This document shows, in pieces, positions 13,201 to 26,067 of a stretch of DNA of 64,000 nt. This DNA is from Sphagnum compactum. Taxonomy: Eukaryota. The notes below the pieces were generated by a model, which saw nothing but the letters and a program-made list of their open reading frames with translations, was not told the DNA's origin and did no database searches. The DNA lies in contig OZ234494.1 of NCBI GenBank assembly GCA_965153455.1, positions 12,772,001 through 12,836,000 on the forward strand. Direction: 5' to 3'. The position numbers and the translations under genes are program-made. The stretch's first letter is position 1; the number at the start of each line of letters is the position of its first letter.

Positions 13201-15124
13201 TTTGGATTTTGTAATGGCCTTTACACTGTCAACTGGATATGGCAAAAGAAGAGGTAGTAAGACTAAAAAGTAGGATAGTCCTCACTAAAAAACTTCTTGC
13301 AGACTATGATTAATTTACAAATGCAGCATTGGCAAACATTTGATCAGGGGTGGGGATAAGCAACTTAATGCTTAATGCCCTGATTGCTTGCCGCCACCAC
13401 CCGGAAGATTGTGAGTGCAGTCTGGAAGCGGTTTGGTTTCTTCAGGGATGCACCATTCTATCATGTGTATGGCAATGTGGATGCACCAATCGTGGAAAGG
13501 AGACGACAAGGTGGCAAGGATGGCAGCTGTGGCTTGAGTTGGGTATTAGAGAAAGTTGCTGGTTAGTTATGTTACAGACTGGTTTTGGTGTGGTGATCGG
13601 TTTTTCACATGAAGATTGTAGTGGATTATCTGCTTCAATGTGGTAGACAAGAAGCTTAGGGAGAATAGAGAGGGAGTGCAACTTTGCCAAAGCAGAGGAT
13701 ATGTAACAGGGAGCTTTCTTCTCATATTGGACCTACTGCATAGACCAAAACAAGGCGATGGGTTTTACTACTTTTGGAGTTTCAAATGAAGGGAATTCAG
13801 CTGTCATACTGCCATGACCTTATGTCTCACACACAAAGCATCAGACAGTCAACCTTTATCATCAATAGCAGTATCTACCCACTCTCGCCACTAACTTCAT
13901 TAGCAAGTGTAGATAATTATAGAAGGAAATTCCAGAAATTTTAGCCAAACAATTACACAAAACATGTACAGGCCGATTACAGTGTTTTGATGACCAACAA
14001 GCACATACAAGATTATGCAGCAGAAAGTTTTAGTAAAGTCTAAAAGCTTCAGCCATCACAAACCAGACCACATGAACTAATTTCCGCTACATCATTACGA
14101 ATCACTTGACTCATTTGCTCAAACTTGACAAACCCACACACTCAGCCTTTGATGTGGCCTGCACTCACACAGACAGAAACTCTCTACCATCGTTCAAGTT
14201 GAGTTCCAAGAGCCTTTGAACAATTTCCCAGCTATGTTTCCTTTGCACACTGGATCCTACAAGCACATCTGCATATAAATCTGTAAGACCTCTTAACAAA
14301 ATTGAGAAGGATGCATTCACCTAACACAACACCATAGCTGTTCAAAATATTAATTATCATATATGGTACTACTGTAAGCAGCCTCAACACTACAAGGAAT
14401 GCAAACAGTACATACACATTAAAAGCAAGGTCACAGTAATTTCCAATCTGAGAAAGGTGCTTCAAAATTTGGACATTTTATGAGAGGAATTTCCGTTCAG
14501 GAAAACAAAGTGCTTTCATAACTATTCACAGCTACAGTTGGCGAGCAGTGACAACAGGGATCTGAAAACAGTGCACAGAAAAGACTAAACTAGATCCAGA
14601 ACAAGAAGTCTTTACACAAATAGGAATCTTGCACTGCACAGATGATTCATTAACCCTTTTAAAATAGAAGTCATTAGTGTAGAGTGCACTTACCTCTTAA
14701 ACCATAAAAGGTGTGGGTAGAACGGGACCTTGTATGAATGCTGCATCAAACAGCAGACAAGGGCTACTACTTCAACTAAATTAATGTAGCCCAGCCTGTT
14801 AACAGGGAGAGACATTCCCTCAATTTGGTGGGAACACATAAACACATGTAACCTCCAAAAAGCTAAAGAACAGAGCCTGCAAACTGGCTCTTAGGACCAC
14901 ACCTCAGTGATTAGTTCCTATTAATTACCAACATGAAGTGCTGATTCCAGGCAGGCAATGGTTGCCAACTAAGGTAAATAATGAAATAAACCACCTGCTG
15001 CTTTCAACATGAGATGTGCCTGCTAATTGCCAGAGGCCTGAGTATGCATACTCCAAGCTCTTGACAGTAACAATCTACAGAAAAAAAACATAAGTCAACA
15101 TCAGGGCAGTAGTTGTGGGCAATT

Positions 15125-18031
15125 CTACAATCCAGGGTGAGACTGCTGCAAACAGGATTCAACACGGTTTGTACAGATGTTGTTGCATGGAAGCAGGGTA
15201 CTTGTCACCATTGAGTCAGTTACCAATGATGCATCACTGAAATCCAATCTCCCAAGGCGCCTGTTGAATCAACATCTCAGGTATTGTTAAAACATCCAAA
15301 CCAAGGAAACAATGTGATAAGGAACTAAGAACCCTCCTGGACATACAAAACTTTACAATCTGTTGAGTTCTAGAACTAACCTTTTCTTCAGTCGGTTGTT
15401 GATTGCTGTCAAGTCCTTTGAAGGGCTTTCATACGCAAAGGCACTCTCCCCAACACATGCATACAAGCTGCGTGTGTGTGGTGACATCAGAGTGTCCACC
15501 TGCAATGGCATCTTGAGATTAAGTCCAGCTACAAATGGAGGCAACTGATTCACAGCCCAGTCAAGTATTAGAACAAACTCCTGGAGCTGTATGCACTTAG
15601 CAAACAACTGCAGGATACATTCTAATCAGGTGTGGGAAGAAAGCATGATTCATTGCTTACTGACTAACCAAAAATGTTCACACAAAGGTTTTGTTTAAAT
15701 AAACAAATGCTGAGGCTGCACATTGATACACCCCTAGTACAGGTTACCAGCACTCTTTATATTCACAGACAGTAAAAAAATTGGACAGCAGGAAAGACAT
15801 GATGACAGCTATTCCCCATGATTGTTGAGCAACCCTTCCAAGGAAACACCTGAGGTGCCCAACACCACAGTGAGACATTCTTCCACCTTATAAGGTAGGG
15901 TCCATTGCTGGATAGCATACCTTAATAGCCCGAAGTGGTGAAACATACACATTGTGCATGGCTGATACTTTTTTGGGAGACAAGTCTGGTAGAACTGGAA
16001 AAGCAGGAGGTTCTGGAGATGCAGGTGAGTCACCTGCAACACATAATAATCCTGTCCCACAGTTAGGAGAAGAGGGAACCGGGAAGGAACAATTGACTGT
16101 GTCATCCTGCTGCTGCTTTGAAAGGATGGATGAAACGATACAACATCATCCAGATCTCTGCTGATTTTTGGTCAAGACATCTAGCAGCCATCCTACAGAT
16201 ACCTCACTCAAAGTCAAACATCATCCTCATAATCCAGCTACATTGCTTCCATTCTATTGGTAACAGGTACAGCTTGCCAAATATGCCACTGGCTGAATGC
16301 CAGCAACAAACAGCAGTCTAGTCTGGTTTAGTTCATGTTCAAAGCTCAGAGCAGAGAACAAACAACAAAATGAAAGCATGTACATTCAAACCTTTGACTG
16401 GTTACCTCCCAAACATGCATAACAAGTAGCACACGGTTTTGCATATAGCTTCACAAGGACAAGCCCCTCAAACTGTCAGGAGGGCCAAGGCTCCCTTTAC
16501 CGTTATGATAGTCTCCTTCATCTGAACCATGAGTGTTGCCTGAAGCAGGTGTAGCACCACTTGTGCCAATTTGCAGCAAGAATGTCTTGGTCGAATGCAC
16601 AAAAATTTCATTGTAAAACTTGACTATATCACCTGTCTCCTGACCTCCTGCCTTCTGCACCCCAGAAAAAGGGTTAAAATGCTATGAGTTTGGAGAGAAA
16701 ACTCTTCAGTGGCACTTTGAAGGTAACCTACACAGATGAATGCAGCCATATCCTCATGAGTATCACTCACAAAGTGTCAGACCATCACCTTCCATCACAA
16801 ACAGCAGAGACAACCTGAAGTGGCTTCCACTGACTTTGGCAGCTCCAAACAGTGGCTGTAAATAAGTATAGAACATCCACCCAAATTTTTGGGCAAACCA
16901 TTGTACAAAAATTCTGTCTTAAGCTTTCTTTTGCATTTCTGGAAGAAATGAAAAGACTCATTCATGATGCTGCCTAGCACTCACAAAGTATATCCAATAG
17001 TATGCTTGAATCATTCTAGCTTGTTCCTGTACAAGCAAGATCTAGGCCGTAGACAGGCCTACTTTCAGAATAACAGTTACAGCCTCCTGCACACTTAACA
17101 TCTCCATTTATGCACACCAGATATGTCACTATAATACCACTTCATACGTCATTTCATAAAATTACAAAGTACACACCCCAGCTCGGCGCCAGGGAGGTAG
17201 GTCGATGAAGACATTGCGAAACACATGGAGCTTGCATTGTGGCTGCATCCGATACTGATGGATAATATCACGAAATGTCACAGTTGCTTTGCTAACCTGA
17301 GCCACCAAACAAACAGCCAATACAAGCTACCAATTACAAAGTGAACACATTCTAGCACCATGGTGAGACCAAACTCCTTGTGTACACTTCCCTTAAGAGA
17401 ATTGACAGCAGCACATCTAAAAGAAACTCTATGGAACTCAGACTTTCCCTTGGACCCACTCTGGGAATACTTCTTCACACAAATGCTAACAGTTGCCAGA
17501 GGTCAAAAATCAAGTGCCCAAACAGGATGCATGTGAACAATGGTGATGGACTCACCTTGCAGACACCATAGATGGTGCAAAGTATGAGCTGATCAATGTG
17601 CCGATTGAAAAATAGGCTAGTCTCGTGGTGCAAAGTGTGCTGGAACACACGGTACACACGCTCAACTAATGGCTGTGGCTGCCCAAGGCGTTCACAGAGG
17701 TTCCGTATTCTTACAGCTGCAAGAATTAGTACCTGAACATCCACTCATCACCACTTAGATAACAATCAAGTGATAAACTGATATGGGTTGGGAGATGGAG
17801 GCATGCTGTTTGACTCCATTGAGTAAAACACCATCAGGCAGAAATTACCACTAAATCCATCAGGTTCTCAACAGAAAAAAGAGCAGAAAGTAATCATGCT
17901 CATCAGCGGATTAAAGGGCAACAACTGAGAGGCACATAACACAGCTACTACAAATATCACACCAGTCACTGAAATTCCTTATCCCTTAAATGTGGATACA
18001 GAGCTTGAAGCAATCCCTACATAGTGATATA

Positions 18032-18071
<40 letters not shown>

Positions 18072-21000
18072 GCACAATGTCACCTTTTGAAAGAAAACGT
18101 TGATGACTGTCTCAGCACAGGTCTCCCCACCCCCAACTGGGCTTGGTCTCTGTGGACTAAACAGTGAAAACAATGCATCTTAGAAAGACCGGGGCAACAA
18201 ATACTGGAAACCTGACACATAAAGAAATGAAGGAGTTCATTTCTACAGCTTAACCTTCTAACCACTAGTGTGCACACCTGGCAAATGCTGATTGCAGTGG
18301 AGCTCTGAGGCGGTTTCTCAAAGGGGAGCTGAAGGCAGAGAATGCTGATAGCCGTTCTTTCACTGGTGAATTTAAAAATGTAGGCCCCACTTGATCTGCA
18401 CTTCCACATGAGCCTGCAACTCCATTTCGGGCAGGGGATGCTGACACTGCTTTCTGGCTCAATAATGAAGCCCCTGACATCTCTCCTGCAGAAAAGACAA
18501 CAGTAGAGTTGTCAATTGAGACAAAAAGCTGCAGCCCAAGTACTAGACCTATCTTGCATCCTACCCGCCTCCATCTGCTTCAAAAGGAGTAGACATGAAA
18601 GACAAAGAATGTGATTCAATCTCTAAGAGTGGATAATGGACTCCAGTGTGTTATTTCACTGGACCTACACTGCAAATGTGTTCCAGAATTCTTTTCTTAT
18701 GCACAAGAGCAATAAAACATATCTGACTGTGAAAAGGAGGAGAATAGCAGGAGGCAAAAAGAGTCCAAGGAATTCTGCAAACCTCCAACCAAGTGTTGAG
18801 TAGTTGCTATTGCTGGACCCTCTTGTGAGCTAAGATTGTCCAATGATGGCATTGGTTCAGCCAAGAGACACAAACGGTTGATTTCTGCAGCGAGGTTTGG
18901 TCTTGCGAAAATGAGTGAGGTATACATTGATGATCCCTTCTCCCAAGCCATGCTCTCTAGCAGCCTTTCCTCTATTGAGTTGAGGTGCCTCTTTAGCTCT
19001 CGAGGCAGAGTATCCTCGTGCCTCACAAAGTACTCGATAACTTTGCTTAAGTCAAAGGCTGTTATTCCTGCTGGCTCTAAAACTGCAGGAAAGGTCATGG
19101 TAACTGTCTTATGGGTGGCAAGGACAAGCTCTGCTGAGCAGGCAATCATGCAGCGGTGGAACCGCTCATTGGAAAGAAGAGATGTGAGGTTGCTGTTTTG
19201 CAGTCGTTGTGCCTCGGACCGGCACATGGCCCCTACAACTCTGTAGTATAGCTTCAAGGCTTCTAGTCTGCGCTGCTCTGCCCATACACTGTCCTCTTGG
19301 CCATTTCCTTCCACCTGTCGCCAGCTCCCCAACCCATTGCTGGGAAAGATTGATTCCAGCAAAACTTGTGCCCTGTTCCTAACATCAGAGGAGATGTCCC
19401 TGTCACATGAGCGGAAGAAAAGCTGCAGCTCTAGACAAGGCTCAGCAGGTAATGGTGTGATCACATCACGAAGCCACTTGGCAGTGGTCATGGTGATGCT
19501 AACTGGAGTAGGTGGGGCTATCTTGCTACTATTATCTATGGGAAATCCTCCTATCTTCACTGGTGATGAACAAGGTGAACCATTTTGTGATGGTAAGCAT
19601 GTTGCTGTTGAAACTGGTGAACTCCGCACTGGTGATGACATTGTATCATACTTGCGCTGGAATCAAAGAAACACCACCCAAATCAATTCAGTTATTTAAT
19701 TGCATAACTGCAAAGCAAGATAGCTGGCATCCGTCAATGACAGGATTAATATCACTGCATTCTCACAGAAGTTCCGGTATCATCCAAGAATGTTGGAGAA
19801 AGGAAATCTCAGGTAGAGTCAGCACCTTGGAAGCAGAAATATCTGGTGAACCACAAGATACAGAGCCCATCAAACTAACTTCTCCATTAATGAACATCCG
19901 TTCATCTAGCTCCCCATGACTCTGATAAGCCTCTTCATAATCCTTTTCCACAATGCTTATGTTTGACATTATCTGTCCACTCTCCATAAGGCCCTCGAAG
20001 TACACAAGACCATCTGTCAACAGTGGAACAAAATGGTGTAAGCAACTTTAGCAGACATCAATGAGCTGCTGCTTCAAAGTTGTATATGCAAATGATTAAC
20101 TAAAACTACCAAAAACCACAATCCCAAAACTTGCAATACACTTGCAAAGCAGGCAGCCATGATGTCAACCTAGAAGCTGACCTGTATCAATGCCAGCTAT
20201 TTGCTTGGAATGACAAGATATACTTGCATCACTTGGGTTCTTGTTGTATAAATCCCTAATCATGCTGTTTGCCTTATCCACCATACAACACACATCTTTC
20301 TCGCATGCATGATACATGTTGCAAAAGGATGCCACCAGATTGACGCCTTTTGGACTTCGTTTAGCTGATCAGTGAGAAAGAATGTTAGGCTTTACAGCAC
20401 ACAAACATCAAGTATTCAAAGCCCTAACAAGCCTCACAGGTTGGTAAAAACACAAATGTGATCCTGCAAAAGATTCACAACTCACCAAATTTTGAAGTGT
20501 CTTCAACACAGAATTTCCGCAATTGAGGTGGCATGTGCAGCATCAAGATAACCTGCAGAATTACAGCAGTTGACACTGATGACAACCCAACTCTAGGGGG
20601 GGAAACTATTACAATACCTATGAGACTGCAGAAAAAATTCCACATGAACACTTTGAAGTTAACCACTGTGTCAGATCTGTCCAAATCAAATCCAACACGA
20701 CAAGAATATGTATGGTCATAGACTTTTGAGTACCACTCACTAAGTATTAGACCATCAAATTCATCTTAAATAGCAGCAACCAGCTGCCATGACTCCCCAA
20801 TGACTTCATCACCACCAAATGGTGGGAATGTATAAGTCAATCATAATCTGCCAAAATTTTCAGGCAAAAATAGTGTATGAAAATCCGCTCAATGAATTTC
20901 TGTTGCATGTCCAGAAGCAACTGGACATCTAAGTCATGATGTTTGCTAGAACTCAAAAGCAGAATACTATTACCATAATCAACTAGGGACTTTGTGATTC

Positions 21001-23287
21001 AAACTACCCTCAAATTTATTAGAGAGAAGTAAATTAGCAGATGTGAGGCTGAATTTGGCTAAATACAGGAAGCAAAGTTACACGGTTCACATTAAAGCAA
21101 TGCACCATGCTGGGATATAGCTAGATCTGGCAAACACATTCGAACTGACTATGAACTGTTCCACTTCTGACACAAGGAGACAAGAAGCATTGCAACATGT
21201 GCAACCATCAAACAAACCAATGAGCAAGAAATACATCAAAAGGGAATGTCTGCATACAATGATAGCCAGAAGCCCATTGGTACAAGTCACCAGGTCAGGA
21301 AACTGATTGAGGACATGCATCCGTAGTGCCAGAAAAAGCATCCACCCAAGTTGCATTTGAGGAGGAAAACCTTCTTTGACTTCCAATGGAGAGCCATTTA
21401 AACCTCCAGAAGAACATTCTGAGAAAAGAAAAAGCTCTTTATACACTCGCTTGTAGTAGCTGCAAGAGTACCAATCTACTGTCAGAAGTAATCACTTGCT
21501 TAGAGGACAATATTACAAACTCCTTGATAGGACCCCAGAAGCCATATAGCAAGCAACTCAAATCCCTGAATGCGTGACAAACAGCTTTTGCCCATGAGCT
21601 TGTGCGACCATTCCTATACCATGACACTTGTTGCCATCCTCCTCAACTTTCTCTTTCCTTCATGGGTCCAGTTCCCACAATGCTCTTAGGTATCATTATT
21701 AGGAGGCTGCTTCAAGAAAAGGATCCTAAAATTGCTTGCTTGCTTCTCATCAACAACACAGCTGTTCACTATACCTCAACATAGTTGAAATATGCCACCC
21801 CCCTGTTCAGTCTGGTAGTCCCAAATTGGTGGAACCAAATACTGCAAAGTAGCCAAGCAAACCTCATGGAATGTCCAGCAAAAGCAATGGAGGGACATAA
21901 GGAGCTTCAGACTGAAAGCAAAAGATCAATTATGGGTGAACATCTCAATTACTTACTTGGAGAGAACCTTCATGTGCACAAAATTAGCTTGCACTTCCTT
22001 CACCTGGTCAACCAGCAACACAAGAAAGCACTAGCAATTCAAATTTCCTCCATCCAAGGCAAATGTCACTACCATCGAATTGAAACAAAACTTCACAAGA
22101 ACCTCACCTGGAGCAGCTTTTCCCAGCTGTCTCCATACAGAGCTTGAAGTGTTGGGGCTGCCTTCACAAGAAACTGAGGAAGCTCCTTGAAAAGATCCAT
22201 AACACTAGTGTCCACATACAGATCAAATCATGCAAAGCTCAAGAAATTAGCCAAACATAGACACAAGAGCACATGATTGTAAAATTATGTCACATCCAAC
22301 ACGTGGACTTGAAAACAAAAACACAACTTTACTGTGTAGCCACAGAAGCAACAAAACCATGAAACAAACCTGATGTTGGTCACTTGCAGAAGTTGCATGA
22401 GAGTAAACCCTGCAGCTGTCCCTTCAACTGCACCCTCTCCAACACATGTTACGCTGCTCAACCTTTTAACAGCATAAAAAACACATGCATTCCATAATCG
22501 TTCTGCCTCTTCAACCTGCATGTCGACAAATGCAGGGCTGTTCCCATCAGGTGCTGCTAGAATTCAGTCTAATTCTGAAGCTTATTGCATTCAGGACTAC
22601 ACAATCCTTCACAGAGAAGGTGAGAATTCTGTTCACAATACTACATTTTGAGTGCAAAATGAGAGAAAAAGCTCCTTTTAAGAGTCTTCAGCAATATATG
22701 TCATAAACATGAAATAATAATATCCTCCCCACACTTACTGTGCCACTTCCAATGCTGTCTATATTGGCAAGCAGGAGAAGCTTGCTGTCTTTGAAAAAGC
22801 AGACAGCTCGCTGCAACATTGTCTCACTCAGTTGCAGACCAACCTGTCAAGAAAGTTTTGAAACTCATCACTCTCAAGCAGACTATAATGGCCAGTGATT
22901 ACATTGCCAACACAAACACAAGAAGAATGCCACAACAGATTTTCCAACAAGCCAGCAGCGCCCATGAAAACCAAAGTGGCCAAAAGCAAATACGTTTTTT
23001 CCTCCTCACACAGGAAACATGATAGCAATACTCTTCCAGTAGTGCAAGAAACAAAACCCTAAGGAATCATCAAGAGAGGTAAGGCCTCATTTCTTTCAGA
23101 AGAAAATGCTTAATAGAAACAAAGAGTTTTCTTGCTGCTGAGAATTGAGCTATAACTCCCCGATCTGCAACTCGACAAGGCGTACCTCACACCGCTCCAT
23201 GAAGCGGGCCTCCATTCCATCCAAAAAAGGTTGAGAAGCTGCTCTTCTCAAAGAAGAAGACCGATTGTCTCCACCGCTCGTCGTCAT
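15125..23287 (-). CDS. RBR: Retinoblastoma-related protein, 18 coding exons: 23287-23186, 22843-22739, 22515-22370, 22204-22108, 22003-21957, 21459-21258, 20552-20486, 20364-20182, 20013-19826, 19656-18783, 18485-18278, 18156-18084, 17732-17556, 17296-17177, 16654-16501, 16033-15921, 15499-15381, 15260-15125
   Basis: N-domain [15 protein letters not shown] pocket [51 protein letters not shown] and [23 protein letters not shown] pocket [20 protein letters not shown] and [11 protein letters not shown]-terminal [20 protein letters not shown] and AYESPSKDL. All GT-AG introns are phase-consistent from ATG to TAG. Confidence 0.97.
18037..18069. repeat. (AG)n microsatellite in an RBR intron
   Basis: Uninterrupted AG dinucleotide run. 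Confidence 0.95.
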
Positions 23288-24191
23288 GACTACAAATCCA
23301 CGAGAGGCTCAATAACGTTACACCCTAGAATTCGCCCTCCCTGCTATTTTCTCACATTCTCTTCAGAAGCTCCTCCTGTGGTTGGGAGAAAAGAAGAGCA
23401 ATCGTGCGGTCGGATTTCTGTTGAAGTAAAGAAGAGAAGCTTCTCCTCCTAACCCTCGAGAGCCACTGTCACATAGATGCGCCCGATATCTGCAGCAGCC
23501 CTCGACCACCACATCGGCCATGCTCCTATGAAGGAAGCTTTACTCCCAAATCGCTCGTCTGTAGTTCCCTGACAGTGTTACGTTTGACAAAAAGGACTGA
23601 TTCTAATCCCAAACCATCTCCGCAACACCGGCAATGATGCAGCAGAACAACGGCACCACTACTGTCCACAATAACACCGATTGTGATCACAATCCCGCCA
23701 TGTTCTTCTCGCACATCCTAAGTCTCTCGCTGCTTGCAAGTGCTTCCGAACAAGATCATCTGATTCTCTCTCTCTCCTCCCTGCGCATGTGAGCAAATGT
23801 CGAGAGACCAGAAAAACAAACCTGGGATAAATAATAAGTACCGAGGAGTCAGGAAAGAAAGGAAAGGCCGCTTCTGAAAACCTCTTTCTACCGAGGAAGA
23901 AGATCGATTAGACGCAGTGCAAAATCTCGCCAGAACTGAAGAAAGGAACGAGAACAGAGATGAGCCAAACCGGTCTGATGAATTCGTGTCAGTCACAACT
24001 GGAGGCAAGCGCAGAAGAAGAATGGTCGAAGAAGAAGAACGGCATACTTAGCGATGATGATGCCTCCTGAGCTTCTGTCTGTTGTGTCTGTCTCTCTTCC
24101 TCTCTCTCCCTCTCTCTCTCGCTACTGTCCACGCGATTTGCGGTGGGACCCTGGGTGCGCAAACCTCACCGGCGGGATGCAGACTCGCGAT

Positions 24192-24237
24192 GGCGGGAAA
24201 CCCCGTCGTCACAACACCCACGCCGTTGTTTTCCCGC
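24192..24237. promoter_or_regulatory. Pair of E2F consensus sites upstream of RBR
   Basis: GGCGGGAAA at 24192-24200 (TTTCCCGCC on the minus strand) and TTTCCCGC at 24230-24237. Both match TTTSSCGC and lie in opposite orientations within a GC-rich promoter-like patch. Confidence 0.7.
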
Positions 24238-25574
24238 GCATTCGTAGTCGTACTGTTGTGCGTTCGACGAGCTTTACGGTCACCGGCGTCGTTGTAAGTA
24301 GTAAGTACCTGCTGCACGATCAATAGGCAGATGGTGAACAGCAGCGTTGCGGAGTCTGTTCTCTTGACGACAAGCGCATGTCTGATGATTGCCGCACCTT
24401 CTTCGCTTTCCCTCCCGTCTCGACGTCTACGATCTCGAATTCTCGACCCTCGACCGCCATAGCCCTTGTAAGTACCTCCACAAGTGCAAGCAACAACCGA
24501 GAGAGAATCAAGCAGGGGATGCAAACGACGAGAGTTTTTTTTTTCCCTGAAGAAAAAAATTGTTGACGGGTGCGTTTTCTCCTCTGCATTATCGAGTTTT
24601 CTGCACCAGAAGAGCTTGAAGTTCGTTTTTTTGGTTCATGAGGAGGAGGAGGAGGAGCAAGAAAGGATGTTTGTCGTTTCCTTTCAGCGCTTGTATCCTC
24701 TTCTTGGATACAATTATTGGGTGTTCCAACGGGACTGAACCATTCAAGCACATATTCAATTCCGGTGCTTTGCGTCTGGATCTTGATCTCCCACGATCTG
24801 TCAGTGTATTTTTCGAGCTGTGCGGTTCGACGGCTTCGCTTGGAAGAAAAAATAGGTGAGACATTTGTTGTTCATGTTGTTGCTAGCTGCACAATTTTTC
24901 AAAGACAGCTAGCCCTTCCTGCTTGCTAACATAGACATCACCAGAACTGGCACATCAAAGAGCGCGGGCGCGCGTTTGTATTGTTTGCAGAAATTGTTGA
25001 TAATGTTGTCGTCAGATGAATGCATACATTGCATTCAAAGAGTGCATTTGTCACAATATCTTATGGTTTATGTGTCTGTATTTCATTGCATCCAAATCTT
25101 AGAGATCCCAACATCCTGGGTGAAACTGATCTGTGAAGAAGAAGAGCTTATGTATGGGGGAAGGCACTGCTGTCATGTATAAGGGAAGGCATTGTTGTGG
25201 CATTGCTCTGCTAGTCCCTTCCGTCTCGTGAACTGAGGCTCTGCCTCGGTCCAGGGCAAAAGCCATATAACAACTAAGGAACTTTGTGAAGAGCCTCCAG
25301 GGATCTTACATGAAATCTCCCACTCCAAGCTGAAGTGGGAAATTCTGCCTGGTAATGCAAGCCCTCCAAATAAACTACACAATTCCCCTGAGGTTGTTAT
25401 GTACAACTTGGATCGAAGGCATAGACAAATCTCTAATTGTCCAAAGCACAATAGTCTTTTTCTATTTTCTCATATTTATTCAGATCTTTAGGTGATGAAG
25501 GGCTCAATCAAGTTGTATTCAGAGGCCATGTTACATTGATGTAACAAGAAGTCGCTTCCAATTTTTTTATTCCA

Positions 25575-26067
25575 ATTTTTTTGGCTACACAACAGGCAAG
25601 GGTTGTGTTGTGTTGGGTTTGGTTGAGGTTGGTTTGCACATTTGGATGTGATTGAAATTTTCTTTAATGCCAATTTTGTTCGCTACACAACAGGCAAGGG
25701 TTGAGTTGTGTTGGGTTTGGTTGAGACTGGGTTGCACATTTGGATGTGATTGAATAAAATTTCTTTAATGCCAATTTTGTTAGCTACACAACAGGAAAGG
25801 GTTCAGGTGTGTTGGGTTTGGTTGATGCTGGCATCTACATTTGGATGTGATTGAATAGAATTTCTTGAGTGCCAATTTTGTTAGCTACACAACAGGAAAG
25901 GTTGAGTTGTGTTGGGTTTGGTTGAGGCTGGCTTGCACATTTGGATGTGATTGAATAGAATTTCTTGAGTGCCAATTTTGTTAGCTACAAAACAGTACAG
26001 GGTTGAGTTGTGCTGGGTTTGGTTGAGGTTGGTTTGCACATTTGGATGTAATTCGATAAAATTTCTT
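25575..26067. repeat. Tandem repeat, 5 x ~100 bp
   Basis: GCTACACAACAGG...GTGTTGGGTTTGGTTGAG...CATTTGGATGTGATTGAA units start at 25584, 25682, 25783, 25884 and 25984. Confidence 0.93.

Noticed and set aside
13350-13690. Short overlapping ORFs downstream of RBR
   Set aside because: No recognisable domain or coherent exon chain.
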